64,000 bases of DNA from Paragordius varius. Taxonomy: Eukaryota > Animalia > Nematomorpha. Positions within the stretch are counted from its first letter, which is position 1, and the number at the start of each line of letters is the position of its first letter. The notes below the pieces were generated by a model. That model did not search any database. It was not told the origin of the DNA and saw nothing but the letters and a program-made list of their open reading frames with translations. This document shows positions 13,901 to 28,000 of the stretch, piece by piece. The stretch lies in the NCBI GenBank assembly GCA_964247055.1, contig OZ176052.1, positions 11,284,001 to 11,348,000 on the forward strand, written 5' to 3'. Position numbers and translations under genes: made by a program.

Positions 13901-15198
13901 TTATAATATATATATTAATTTAAATTTACAGTTAAATCATTATGATTCAAAAACAGGATTCAAAAAGTTCCTTCCATGAATTAAAATATCTAGCAATCAA
14001 ATTGATATCACAGTAAAATTACAAAAATATCTACCGATCAAATGTATATCAGAATTAAATTTCAATGGTGCACCCTGAACATAACCATAAAACGTCAATG
14101 TTCTATTACAGTTTGGATTGGTGTCGATTAATTGAGGGTCAGTTATATCTTCGTATCTAAAATTAAAAATTTAAGAATATAAAAAATCAAACAAAAAATT
14201 TAAATTAATTTTATGAGAAATTAAAAACCTATCGACCAGAACATATGGATGAGAAGTTCGCCATTCTATGCTTTGCATTTTCATAACTTGGAGAAAACGT
14301 CCAAGATTGTGAATTTCTACTTTAAGGTAATCGTTTTTCTTTAAGCCAGACAAATAAAATAATTTTGCCCCCTAAAAGCGCACACAAATGTGTAAATATA
14401 ATAAAAAACTAAACGTAAAAGTAGGTAGTTATAAGAATATCGGAGCCATGAGTTCAAATAATTCATTTTAATATTTCACAAAAGATTATTATTATAAGAA
14501 AAGAATAAAAATGTACCGGATAGATTTCAGTCCAAAAGCGATGTTTGAGTCGTTTCTTAGTTTTTCTCAAAGTATTTGCTTGTTTAAAACTGTCAAGATG
14601 TGTTAGAATCCCCATAATTTTTGGAAACCCGTGTACTTGACAAATGTTAATGAATTCAAATATTTCCATTTCGAATCCATAACTTGCATCTATAAGTAAT
14701 AGAGCTAAATCACAAATTTTTGCTAAATCAATCATACAATTGATATCGTTTTTGCATTCGATAAAAGTAATTCTTCGCTTTTTACCTTATATTATACAAT
14801 GATATAATACCAGTTACAACCGTAATAGGTCCTTTGATATCAATAACATTTTGCCTAGTGAAATTTTTTATTAAACATCGAAGGAGGGTTGATTTTCCGA
14901 CTTTGGGAGGTCCAATAATAGCAACAATAATTGGCGGCAAATTTTCTGAAGATTCATCGATTTTGGGCACATGCAACTTTTTTGTTTCAATATCCTTCCC
15001 TCTAAGGTTCATTATATAAATATTTATTAACCTTCTAAACAATCTTGCCGCTTTATTCACATTTTGTATAGCAAATGCTTTCGGATTATGTTGCCTTTTT
15101 TTGGTGGAGGAATCAACCTTTTTTTCCTTTTTCTTTAGGGCTTTGGGACCACTTTGTTTTTGCCGATGAATTTTTTTAGCACTTGATTCAATATCCAT
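4915..15198 (-). CDS. BMS1: Ribosome biogenesis GTPase BMS1, ~22 exons
   Basis: ATG 15198. Motifs [166 protein letters not shown]. All exons join in phase with GT-AG; stop TAA 4915-4917. Confidence 0.97.
12119..12278. repeat. Intronic hairpin/MITE, ~64-bp inverted arms, ~32-nt loop
   Basis: 12119-12182 is the reverse complement, with few mismatches, of 12215-12278; lies inside the 259-nt BMS1 intron 12105-12363. Confidence 0.85.
14786..14810 (-). other. 25-nt GT-AG intron (BMS1 intron 2)
   Basis: GTATTATATCATTGTATAATATAAG; removal restores the conserved [14 protein letters not shown] and fixes a frameshift. Confidence 0.93.
15002..15031 (-). other. 30-nt GT-AG intron (BMS1 intron 1), in-frame and stop-free
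   Basis: GTTAATAAATATTTATATAATGAACCTTAG; removal gives [14 protein letters not shown], gap-free against the human-type ARSFHRTQDLKTKK. Confidence 0.85.
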
Positions 15199-15262
15199 GC
15201 CGGACTTTCCAAAAATAATAAGCAGATGTAAAAAATACGTATGGATTTTTTAGCCGAATCAT

Positions 15263-16302
15263 ATGTCATGTATACTTTATTTTATTAAAAATTTACTTTT
15301 TTTCGTTAAATGGGTAAAGATATTTGGTAAAGAATGGAAAAACAAGAGCTCTATGGTATTAACCATATAATATTCATTAAAAAAGCAAAAGAAGTGTGGG
15401 GAATGGCGTCGAAAATCTTTGGTAAAAGATGAAAATCTTAAAGTAATGTTTAAGGGAACTAATATTTTATTTTCTAGCAAAATTTTATATTAATTTTTTT
15501 CAAAAATTTTTTTATTATAAACATAGCAAAACCACGTAAATATTAATTTTTATATATAGGCAAAAAATATTTATTATAATTTATTTAATACTGAATAAGA
15601 CAAACATTATATCGGAAAAAATATAAGGATGTAATCAATTGTATATATATATTTATATATATATATATATATATAAGGGAAAACATAGGAAATGAATATT
15701 GATTATATAGCGTTCATAAAAAATATATCGAACTGAATGCGTTTCATCCTAAAATGCTCTTAAAAAACATCATATGAATATACAAGTTTACCATTATTAA
15801 ACCCTATTGAATGTTTTTTTTATGTGATAACTGTTTTCAAAAATGCATGATATATCTGAGAATTATTTTCATATCGTACTCTGCGATCTAAGAAAACAGA
15901 AATCGTCTCTGATACCTACAATAAATGATGGTTAAAATTTCACTCTCTAACCTTATTTTTTAAAGCAACATCAATTATAACTCTTTTTGAAAAAAACATA
16001 TTAATTTTGAAGGTAGTAATCATAAATATCCCTTATAAAATCGTTCCCATATCAAAACAAAAAAATTTTAATTGAGATAAAAATTACGATTTTCCCAACT
16101 TATACAAAAAGTTTAAGTGGAGAGTAAGTGGATTTTCATTTTTTACCAAAGATTTCCGATGCCCTTCCCCCACACTTCTTTTATTTTTGATGAATAGATA
16201 TGGTCAATACCATAGAGCTCTTGTTTTTCATAATTTACCAAATATTTTTACCCATTTAACGAAAAAAAGTAAATTTTTGATAAAATAAAGGATACATGAC
16301 TG
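15263..16302. mobile_element. Non-autonomous Tc1/mariner-type TIR element (family B)
   Basis: ~170-bp inverted arms (15265-15435 versus 16130-16302); right end ...GATACATGACTG|TA, i.e. a CAGT terminus with TA target; core contains (TA)n. Confidence 0.75.
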
Positions 16303-16399
16303 TATATTTGGTATTTTTAAAATATGCTCTCACTATCTCATCTTTGGTGTAAAAGGTGTGTTTCATTTACTAAATGAGTGTGGGCAATAAAATAAATTT

Positions 16400-16570
16400 T
16401 GAAGATATTGGATCAGCAAGTGCCCACCCTTTGTGGACCATGTTTCACCTGTACCTTCAACTCGCTAACCCAAGATAAATAATCTTCACCTCCTTCTTCT
16501 CTACCAATTTTCAACTTCGGCTAAAATAACTGCCGAAGATTGATATCCAGAGGTGCTCAAAATCGGGGGA
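16400..16570 (-). mobile_element. Possible short Gypsy protease-like fragment
   Basis: GC-richer patch; the minus frame GEDYLSWVSELKVQVKHGPQRV loosely resembles LTR-retrotransposon protease sequence. Weak. Confidence 0.3.
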
Positions 16571-16809
16571 TACAATAAATATCCAATAATTAAATTCTGA
16601 TAGATAAATGTGTCAGGATTCTCATGGTATTTGTGGTTTTGGGCTTGCGAGTGATAATGTACTTTTGATGTAATTGCTCTATAACATAAAAACGTAGGCT
16701 AATATCAGTGTCCACAAAATATCATGGAATATATTCTGATATATAAATTTATCATAACAATCCGTTTTAATTGGATTATATATATTTATATATATATATA
16801 TATATATTC

Positions 16810-17875
16810 TAATAGAAAATGACTCATGATTACTGTGATGCTTTTGGTTTTGGCCATTACGAATAATATAAGGAAGTTATATAATCTTAAGAAATACACC
16901 ATATAAACTGGCAAAATCGCATATTTTGCTGAACTGAATTTTGGTGTAAAAAATATTACTAAAATATATGAAAAACCACATTTAAAAAGTACAATATTTT
17001 TGAAAATATTAATTTATAGATGTGGCCTTCGAATCCAAATTTTTTCGCTCTAAAATGAAATTCTTAAAATGTAAACGAATATATGTGGAGATTGCGTGAT
17101 AAAAATTCTAAATATAAGCTAATTGATATCAACTAAAAATATTATATCATTTTTTTAAATTTAATTTTCAAATTTTGTTGAATCCTTAATATTATTTTGG
17201 GTTATAATGGGAGCGAAATAACGCTTTACTTTTTCTATATTATTTGATGATGCTGAATATTTCAATTTTTCAATATTTTGATTTTAAGATTGCTGTCGAA
17301 TTTTGGTTAAATTTTGTAAAAAAACACATATATATTCAACATACATTCAAACATACCGGATATTTTAATGAAAAATTTGAGGTATAAAATAATCAGCATC
17401 ATCGAGTTATATAGAAAAATTTTTATAATAAAAATCATTTTTATACCGTTTTAATCCTGCTTCAAAATAGTATGAAGTATGCTTCAACAAAATTTTGATA
17501 AAAATTAAATTTTTGAAGTAGGCTTTTTTTAAAAATAATAATTTATCAATTTTTTAGCGCGATTTCGTGAGAACTATCCCATTTTAGAAGAGTAAGAAAT
17601 TATCACTTTCGGCCATATCAAATTAAATTTTTTTATTAATATATTTATGCTTTTTATACTAGTTTTTGATATATAATGATATTTTTGTAATCAAGCATGA
17701 ATACTCCAAAACAATATATTTAAAAATATGTGCGCATTTGCCATTTTCTGATTAGAAGCAGTAACCACAAAAGTTTTTATTCTTATAACACTCGGGGCCA
17801 AACCCAAAAGCATCAGTATTCTGACCCATCTTCCCATCGGAATATACATATTCAACATGTTATTTTTATGTAGAT
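16810..17875. mobile_element. Long-TIR non-autonomous element (family C)
   Basis: Left TGATGCTTTTGGTTTTGGCC and right GGCCAAACCCAAAAGCATCA arms with further inverted similarity. Related sequence at ~16570-16780, 40061-45712 and ~59330-59860. Confidence 0.65.
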
Positions 17876-18338
17876 ACTGTATATATTAGAGATTTATACC
17901 GTTTATATTAGGCCAAAAATAAATTTTGTCAATTGCATACAATAAAATTAAATATAGTGAAATTAAGGCATATTCAAATTTGAGGGAAATGGCCCATTTT
18001 AGCACAGCAAAAGAGTTGGCGCCTATCGCAGCCCATATTAGAAAATTAATTTTATAGATATTGTTTTGCTTTTTTTATATAGTTTATGATATAATTTAGT
18101 GATAATTTTTGGAAGGCATTTAGCCTACACCAAAAAATTATTTGGTAAAATGTCCGCCCTAAAAATTGTAAATAACTTTCTTTAATTATTTGTAAGTGTC
18201 AAAATCACCATGATAAGATATATTACATCATTTTGCAATAATATTTTTTTGACCATTTTACCCTCTTAAACTTAACAAATATAAAAAATATAATTTCGCT
18301 TAGAAGATGCGTCAATGTCTGTACAATAATCATATGAC

Positions 18339-21300
18339 ATGAATTTCAGGTGTGCATTTTTACCTGCATTTTTCATTTTTATAGTAAACGCACTTTTTAA
18401 TATTTTATTAACGCAAGATCTAAGCACAAACGAACATTGGAACATAAATGACCCAGGAAAGTCGTGTCGAATATCAAATCTTTTCCAAGTTTTTTTCTTG
18501 TTTATGATATAGGGCTTATGGTATTTTGACAATGATGGTGTAGAAACTGAATTAAAAATCAGTCAAAATTCTGCAGACACTTACGGAGAGTGTATAAAGA
18601 TGCGCTACGATGATATTTTATCCGGAAAACGAAATACCTATCTATTCAGCAATTTGTATGTAATCTTTTATTTTTTCATGAATTTTGTTATATTTTTAAT
18701 TTTGTAAACATAGAAAATGTGTGACTTGTGCTTCATTGTTATTTCGTACGCCAAATGTTTTGGAATTTAAGAAAGGAGAATGTATTTCCGATTACTATGA
18801 AAAATCAATGGCTGAACTATGTGACGGTTTGGAATATATGCAGTATCATACCCTTTTTGGTATTGTTTAAAAAGTGCTATATATTTGGACGTTTAATTTT
18901 AAATGATTTTATTTATCATTAAATGCAAATTATACCACTTTTCCAAATATCGATTTTGAGAAAATATTTTTTATTGGGCGAAAGGAAAAATTCTAAACAA
19001 AATTTTTTGGCAATATAGAATCTAACCTATAGTTTAAATATTTTAATATGCGACCACCTCGTCATAGTTTAATTTAAATAATAATTTAATTTTTGACAAC
19101 AAATATAAGCCTCAACTCCAAACCCAGTTGATTGCCGTTCAAGTATTGAAGGAGTTTATGAATTCTCCTACCGATATGATGGAACACGCGGTTGGTGTAA
19201 TTATCATTCAGATCAACTTATAAGGGCCTGTACTAAGCCGGGTATGTTTGATTTACTTTAGCTGCAAAAATTGTTTTCATAATGATTGATTTTTAGTTGT
19301 AATTGAATAAATGTTGTTATTTGGTTATATTGATTCTTTTTATAATTAAATGTGATGTCCATATATACGCAAATAAAATCAATTCGGTATTGTATTATTA
19401 GTATATAATATTACCAATTTTCTTTTCTTTTTTCAATAATGTTTGGACTGATGACATAAAATTTGTATTGATATTTTTACAATAAACATATTATTTAATC
19501 AGAGTTAATCTGATATTTATTTGACAAATATATGAATTTTTTACTAAAGTAAACCCCAAAAATATAAGTGTATTTAGTAAAACATCAATATAATATCAAC
19601 GTAACATTTTTTTGATTAATTTAAACGATGTAAAAAAAATTTACTTGTTTTTGTAAAAAAATATTATAAAATTATATAAATTATTTTGCTTTTTTCATAC
19701 TATAAGGTGATCATTATTATGCCCATAACACACGTTTTTACATGAATTATTCACGGTGCGATGGAATAGTTGATAGGATAGCCGATGATCCATACTCCAC
19801 AAGCAATAAACAGGGAAAAGATAGTAAGATTGCTTACTCTCTTGTTTTTTATTATGAAATCTTTTTTTATCATATGAAATGAATATATTAAAAAATATTT
19901 TTTTATGCTAAAATACATATAACTATTACAGTCATGTATCCTTTATTTTTCAAAAAAATTTTTAAATGGGTATAAATATTTGGTAAAGAATAGAAAAACA
20001 AGAGCTCTATGGTAATTCTTCTACTTTTTTGATGAATATGATATTGTTAATACCATAGAGCTATTGTTTTTTCCATTCTTTACCAAATATTTATGCCCAT
20101 TTAACGAAAAAAAAATTTATGCTAAAATATTTTTTATGCTCTATTAAGTATTGGCACAAAAATGTTTTTGTTTGTTAAAAACATTCCGCACGATTATGTT
20201 TTCAGCGAAACATCTATTTAGACACTCATAAACATTTACTCATGTATTTGATATTTAATTGAAATAATACGGATATTGAAAATATAATAAATGTATATAA
20301 TGAAAAATGATTTTTATAATTTAATCCGTTGTTTATATAAATTTTTATCAATAGTTAGTTGGGCAGAAAATTGATAAAAGTAATAATTTTTAGGTTTGTA
20401 AATTGATCGTATTAAATGTCATCTACAAATACGATCAAATAACCTATTGCTAAAAATAATCCATATTGACTGTATTTATATTATCAAATTTTAAAATGCT
20501 AAATTTTTGTCGTTTAGGATACCGTACGGCCAATATCGTGTACTCTTGTTTGGGATCATGGGAAGATTCAAGCACTGGGAATCAATATTTTGCGGTTGCA
20601 AATTTGGGCGAATCACAAAAACATTTGAAATATCGATGTTTCCTCCAACGGCGGGATCAACCCCGGCTTATGACAAAATCTGACACTGCAACCTGTAAAA
20701 CACTCAAAAATGCCAGAGAAGGACCCGAAATGTTAATTATACAGCCAAGTAATTGACTATTACATAACAATTTTTTACTTACTTCTTTTTATCATTTTAA
20801 AAAGCAATCATCTAAATGATTGTCAATGTTATGGCAATTTTATGATTATTTTGAAGGGTCGTTCTACTGATAAGATTATTATTCAATAATGAGTTTTAGT
20901 AATCGATTTTTTTATCTTTGTCCAATATAGTATATTTTGGATGTAAAACTAATTATCATATAGACCATATTTAAACTTTAGCTTCATTATTGGTCATATA
21001 TGTTTGCATATGTAGTACAGAGTTTAAAAGCATTGATTTAAACTATTTATTTAATTTAAAATATAACTACTAATATAATAAGGATATTTGATACTCGCTT
21101 AAGGTGCCAAGCATAGAGCATCAGTCATCGCAACATGTTCTTATGCCAGCAGAGTTCAGGGTTCCTGGATTAACACAGCAAATCACGATGCACATGTCCA
21201 TATAAATTCAACTCACATTGCAGAAACCGTTTTAACGAACCAGCGAATGACACGAACCACATATTATGTGTGTTTGCAAAATCGTGGGACTGACTACCTA

Positions 21301-24156
21301 ACCGCTCGACTAAGTGATAATGGATGGTTTAGTTTTATGGATATCTTTTTTGTTTTTATTTATATTGGTTTATGTATTAATTTTTAAATTTATTGTTTAA
21401 GTGGCTTAGATGAAATACTGCAAGAATGGCCGAGATTTTTAATTTCAAAACTGGATACATAAATGATATATATATCTAATTCTTAAATAATAAAAATATA
21501 CCCGATTTTTTCATTCTAGCCAAGTTGATTATGTGTGTTGGGACTTCAAAAGTCCAACGTTACAAAGAGCTTACTTTGAGATTCCTCATTCTTTGATACG
21601 AAAAGCCTTAACTCCCGCAGCAAATACCATGTTGCCAAACGTAAATATAATCAGGTATCTTTGATTTTGATAAGACTAAGGCTGCGTTTTAAAACGGCCA
21701 AATTATATTAACTGATCTATTAGTAGCAGTAATTTACGTTCCTTACCAGATTATAATATATTTAATTGTATTTAATATTTGAAACTGGGTTGGCCACATT
21801 AATGATCGGTTTAAAAATATTGGCATAAATTTTTATTTTTCATTGACAATTTCATACCATAATTACAAATTTATTTATTTCACTGATAAACATATGTTAC
21901 AACAAATTTAGCAAATCATTTAGAAAGCGATCACAGTTGCGCTCATGAATGCCTTCATAACCAGTCAGACCCACAAATATATAGATATAATAATAAAAAT
22001 TGTTGACAATCTAAATATTTTGTAAATCTTATTAATGATAATATAATATAGATATCGAAAGAGTTCGGCAAATATTGATAAAAATATGGATACCGTTTGT
22101 GGACGCAATAATTTTAAATTAGAAGCCGTCAATGATATGTTGAATGAACCAATTGAAACTTATCTTGAGGGCCGTTGGAAATATTCCTTATTGATTGCTG
22201 CCGCGCCTAGACCTATACCTTGTCCTATTCAAGGTTTGCATAAGTAGTTTAATGAACTTTACATAGAAAAGTTTAATTTTTAATAAAGTCGGCATAAAAA
22301 TTAAAAAAAAAGTCTAAACTTTTTTTACAGTCAATCAAACTAAAACTATCATTTTTTTATAAAATCAGCGACATTTTTATTCGTTCATACCTAAAAGTCA
22401 TTTATATCGAGGTTAATGCACACTTAACCACATATTTAATACACTAATGCATAGGCTATATGGATTAAATTAGTTAAAAATATGGCTTTTGACTTAGTTG
22501 TTAACCGTTTTTTTTATAATGCCCTTTTACTCCTTTTTACTGTTTTAAATTATTTGGCATTTGGAGAAATTTAATAATTGAAACTGCCTAGATTAGAATC
22601 GAATAAATTTTTTTATTAATAAACCTAAAGAGTTTTTAACAAAAAATAATGCAATACTGCAATAATAGTCAAAATAAAAATTAAAAATATAATAGGTAAA
22701 AAAACTGATATGTTTGAAGGAAACCATAGTTTTTAACCATATAACTGTTACCGTCTGTGATAAAATATTGTTTTGTCCATATAATTTTTATTGTTACCAC
22801 AAATTTATTAGGGCGCTTCACTTTTCAACAAGTTGGTCAAACGAAATTAGTAGATCGTATTTTGGGAGGTATTACAGCCGTACCCCAAGTCCAAGTCAAT
22901 TGTGCCAAGACGGTGAGTGAATTCAAATCTTGTCCGGCTTCGGATTCGACCGTCATTTCGATTGATGTTTCGCAATGCGCAAGCCTTGATGCCTATGGAC
23001 GTCCACTGGGCGAATATGATCGCACGGATTATAAACTCACGTGTGTGGCTTATTGGCGAGAGGATAGTCAATCGCATTTTATAACGCTCGATGAATCGGA
23101 TAGATCTACCATATTTAGGTAGTTCAATAATAATTTAAATGGTGATTGGAATTGGGTAAATTAAGTAATAATCGCCAATTTATATGAAACATCAATTTTT
23201 GATTGCTACGCTGATAAGCTTTATCAACCGTAAAACTAAAATAGAAAATATACCAAATTGAATGCTAGTATTTGTAATTCGTTGGTAATGATTTTTAGTG
23301 GAGATTTTGGAATCTTTCTACCCAAATATTTTGATAGTTTTATAAGTTTTGTTAAATTTAAAATGGTAATTTTATTTATATCGATTGTAATGGTTTAATT
23401 TAAATAATAAATTTATTTAAACCAATAATTAAATTATCGTAAAAAATAATCTATAATAGGTTCAAATTAGGGCAAATACATAAAAAGGTTCTTTTTTCAT
23501 TCTAAAAATTTGGCCGAAAATGACTGACTTTTAAGGTATAAACTATTTTTTAAAATTGATATATTTCCTAATTTATGATAGATGTTGGATTTATACGCGT
23601 GTTTCTCCCAACAACTTTATTTTGTCGCGATCGATGCACTCGTATTGTGGACCCAGGCAAACCTATGAAAGCTGGAATGCCACGGATGGAGCTAATCTCA
23701 AGTTATATCTAACGGAAAGCGAAAGATTATGTAAAAACTTAATTTAACAAAATATGTTCATTGTTTCTTTGATGTTTTTTAAATTTATTATTTGTTAAAT
23801 TAATTTAAATTTGTTAAATTAATAATAATAACGTTGTATTTATTGATAATAACTTTATTTTCATAAAGTTAGAATATATATTCATTATTTAATAACTTGG
23901 TTAAAAAAATTAATGGATTAACACTTGTAAATTCTTGCTATACGTATCATGATTAATCGCTGAAAAATTAATTTCTTTTTTATGCTACAATTTAGATGAT
24001 AACTGTCCGACCAAATTCAATCCAGGCGACGATCCCATAGAGTTCCGCGAAAATGTTTTAATGCTCAATCATGGAACCACATACAAAATTTGTAATTTTT
24101 TGCTCATTATATTGATCTCAATACCCCTAAGCATTTTGACAACTTCTCACATTTAA
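18339..24156 (+). CDS. Secreted, probably GPI-anchored cysteine-rich repeat protein of unknown function (resembles the DUF7042/7043/7044-type invertebrate family), 12 exons
   Basis: ATG 18339 with signal peptide MNFRCAFLPAFFIFIVNALFNILL. Exons ~18339-18488, 18513-18655, 18714-18859, ~19104-19230, ~19710-19826, 20518-20749, ~21101-21330, ~21521-21655, ~22051-22233, ~22811-23118, ~23583-23730, ~23996-24156 join in phase. Motifs CRISNLFQGLWYF, RTPNVLEFKKGEC, CLGSW, VQGSWINTAN..VHINSTHI, IIRYRK, RILGGIT, CVAYWRED, RCWIYTR, and hydrophobic tail FLLIILISIPLSILTTSHI*. The family assignment is from memory and was not searched. Confidence 0.85.
18489..18512 (+). other. 24-nt GT-AG intron (intron 1 of the secreted protein gene)
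   Basis: GTTTTTTTCTTGTTTATGATATAG ends in an in-frame TAG; removal fuses the signal-peptide exon to CRISNLFQ-GLWYF. Confidence 0.85.
19929..20118. mobile_element. Internally deleted palindromic derivative of family B
   Basis: Starts TA|CAGTCATGTATCC; GGTAAAGAATAGAAAAACAAGAGCTCTATGGT and its reverse complement flank a short loop; same arms as 15263-16302. Confidence 0.75.
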
Positions 24157-25075
24157 AAATAAAATAAATATTTTGTAATTTTCTGTGATAACTTATATTA
24201 TTATATACATTCCATTTTTAATTTATATTACTGTAACGATAATTATGATGCATTTATATTTTTATTTGCTATTATATATCAATCAATTCGTAAATAAATA
24301 AGTCACGTTAAAAATTTTCATTTATTTTAAAATTCGGACCACTCAATTATAAAAATTATATGTAATGCGTGTAAAGGATTGTTTCTAAACAATTAACTAT
24401 ATGTTACATAATTTGATTTGCTTTAATATGTATACACATTTTTAGAAATTTAAAATACAATAGTTGTAAAATAATCCATATTTAACTTTCTATGTATAAA
24501 CAAGTATAATTAAATTAATAAATAAATACATATATATGGGAGAAAAAGTGTGCATAAATAAGTTTGGATTTTCTAAATCAAACAATACATCTGAGATTTG
24601 GAGTATATCAATTTTCATAAGTACCAATATAAAACATATAAAAATATTAAAATATATTACATTCATGATTTAATACAATAAATATTCTAACTATGTATGT
24701 ATGATGAATTTGTATAGTTGCATACTGACCCAAGAATAATACAGTGCAAATATTAAAATTATAAAGACAAAATATAATAACTAAAAGACAAACAAATATT
24801 TTTTATATAAAAAAATTAAACGATCATTTTTACATAAACTAAATGATTAAATTTGTACCAAATTACATCGCTATTTCTTTTTTTGCTACCCATAGATTGA
24901 TTATATTACAAAATAAGGTTTAAATTATATGATTGTTTTTATAGAAATATTAGTCTTTTAGTATTAAACAACGACGTTTCGTCTAAATTATTTCAATTTT
25001 TACTGTGTAATTGTCCATTTTTTGGGGGGATCAAAATGGGACAATATATCGGCAATAAAATGAAATGGTTCAAAT

Positions 25076-28000
25076 TTAAGCATCCTTCAAAATCATATCG
25101 TCAGAATCTGGCAGTCTTTCCGGATAAGATATATTATTAACGCCAGGTTTAAGGAATGAATTGACAACCCCATCCACGATTGAATTCAATTGTTTTTTAA
25201 GGGCATCACAATCCGTGGTTTTTGAACCAGCAGGTCCAATAAGTTCTGAATAATATTTAATTTTGGGTTCAGTTCCACTGGCCCGTAAAGTGATGGATAT
25301 ATCCATCAAATCAAACGTAAATGTTATCATTTGATTACTTTTACTGTATGGCAGGATCTAATTAAAATTAATTAAAATAGCTACAAGTGTGGAGGTTATT
25401 ATAAAAAAATTATTTCAAATTTCGGGGCAAAAGGGATAGTTTTTTAATCTTTGTATTATAAAAAATTTTGTATTCACGCCGTAATTTAATCAAAACTTAA
25501 AGCTTACTTGGTCAGTTGGAGAAAAAATATTGACCATATCAGAAGTACAAGAACTTTTATTTATAAGCTTTTACACTAAAATAATTTCCTTAAAAATAAT
25601 TTCCAAACATATATTTTCGTTTCCATCTAACTTATTTTTACTACCATGTAAAACCAAAAGTTTATGATAATAAAATGCATAAAAAACATTATTATACCGC
25701 TTTATTATCTGGCTGAGAGTTATCGTATCCAGTAGTTAAGTCTCTAACATATTTAATCTTGTAATCTCCGCAGTGTGTTGGATACTATGTAATGTATAAC
25801 AATATCATATAAAATCTAAAATGTTATTATACCATTTACAGTTCAAATTCACCCTTAAACAATTCAAATTCACCCTTGAACAACTCAAATTCACCCTAAA
25901 ATAAATTATGTGTTTTTAAAAATTAAATATTACCTATATTTTTTATATAATACTGAAAAAATAATATACTATGCCATAAGAATATTTTTTTTATTAATGA
26001 TGAGTTATATTAGCCCGAAAACATTCAAATTATTTTTAAAGGTAGTGAATATTAATTGTTCAAGGGTGAATTTGATTTGTTCAAGGGTCAATTGAATTGT
26101 AAATGGTATATATCACTAATTTGTTTTTGAGAAAAAATGCAAATGGTATAATAAAAATTATTTTAATAAACCAATCAATCATACAGGAATGAATAAAAAT
26201 TTTGATTAAAAAAGTTAAAGTTTAAAAAATAAAGCAAATAAATGACAAAAAACATTATTTGGTTTTCCTTCCCAATTGCGTATGCTATCAAAGATGGTAA
26301 CAATAACATTTGGATCATAACAATTAAGGTATGAATTGGCGCATACATTAAAACCATATCTAAAACGATAAAGTATGGAAAAATGAATAATATTATGTCA
26401 AGGCTGGAAAAAATGCAAAGAAAATATAAACTATCATTCTTTTTTACGTATTCAGCCAGCCATTTATTCAAAAACTCAAATTTATACAATCAAAGTTATC
26501 AAATCCATATAAAACAACACTAATCAAGTGTATTGGGCATACAAAATTACAGTGAAAGTTAAAATATAAAATATATCTATATAAAATATTAATTTTTTAG
26601 AAACAATTTATTATTTTAGCTTGTCAAACAAGGAATAAAAGGATATAAAGTGGTAACATACATACAAAGTTTTACCTTTGTAATCTTGTTTGTCAGATAT
26701 AAAAAATATTAAACTTTTTATATTTTGTCTTTACAAAATTTATTTTTACCATAAAAAGGTTCAAACATAAAAGCCTAGATAAATATACTTTTCATAAATT
26801 TCATGGAGTTTTTCGTAAAGCGTTATTCCCTTGTTAACCTTGTAAAAACTGGCCATTTCAGCCAACAAAAGGGATGCTGAAATACCATCCTTATCTAAGA
26901 TGCGGGGATCACACATGTAACCAATCGCCTCTTCATAAGCAAATAAAACCGTATTCCCAGCCTTAATCAGTTCATCCACTTTGTTCCCGATCCATTTAAA
27001 TCCGGTCAATGTTTCCTAGAAAATACAAAAACTTTTATGAGTAAAATTTATACATAAGAGAGATATTGTATAAAATATATTTGATTAAATAAATTTTCAT
27101 ACTTTCGTGTAAATAAACCATATTTATTATAAATGCAGCAATGCTATCAAAATATTTTACAAACAAATCAAGTTCTTTGGGGTAATTTTTATCCATATAT
27201 AGAGCTGGAAACAAATAATTTAAATTCTGAAGGAAATAAACATGAATAAACGTTTCCAATTAGATAATTATGCGCGGTACTCCACCATATATATATTACA
27301 TAAATCAAAGCAAAAAGGGCAAATTTTAACCAACCGCACAAACAAAAAGGGTAACTAAAATTGCCGCCTTAGATATATAAAAATGTCAAATGATTACAGC
27401 AAAATTGAAGCCTTCAATTTGTGCCATACGTTTTAACATGTGAGCTGAGACGGTGGATGCAACCATATAAACTTTTGAGAGTAATTCTTTAGCTTTTTCA
27501 GCATTTGTGACGTTTCCATTTTCGTCCATAACACCATTTTTGTACAAATATGTGAAAAAACACCACCAACCAAACAATGTTCCTTGTTCATTCCCATTAA
27601 AGAAATGCCATTTATCACCCCTAATGAAAAATATAATATATGCATGGTGATGTTTATAGTCTTTGAAAATCATGAACAAAATATATAAACTTATAAATAA
27701 TTCAAAAAAATCACATTTTAATGATTAAAATATTATTAATAAAGTATTATGATTTAATGAGATAAAAAGCTGTTAAAAACAATTACGATTGGATATTAAC
27801 AGCTAAATTAGTATTTTGTATAAATTGGAAATAATTACAAGCACTATCTCATATTTGTGAATACACATTTATTGAAAATTTTCTCTAGAAAAAAAACCAA
27901 ACGTTAAGGGTGAGTTTTTAACATAAACTGAATCGTACTCTTGTAACTTTTAAATATCTATTTAAAAGAACTGATACAATTCGGAATTTAAAAATTTACT

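Noticed and set aside
10524-23077. Antisense ORFs at 10524, 11210, 13373, 14834 and 22847
   Set aside because: Shadows of real exons on the opposite strand, with no independent splice or homology support.
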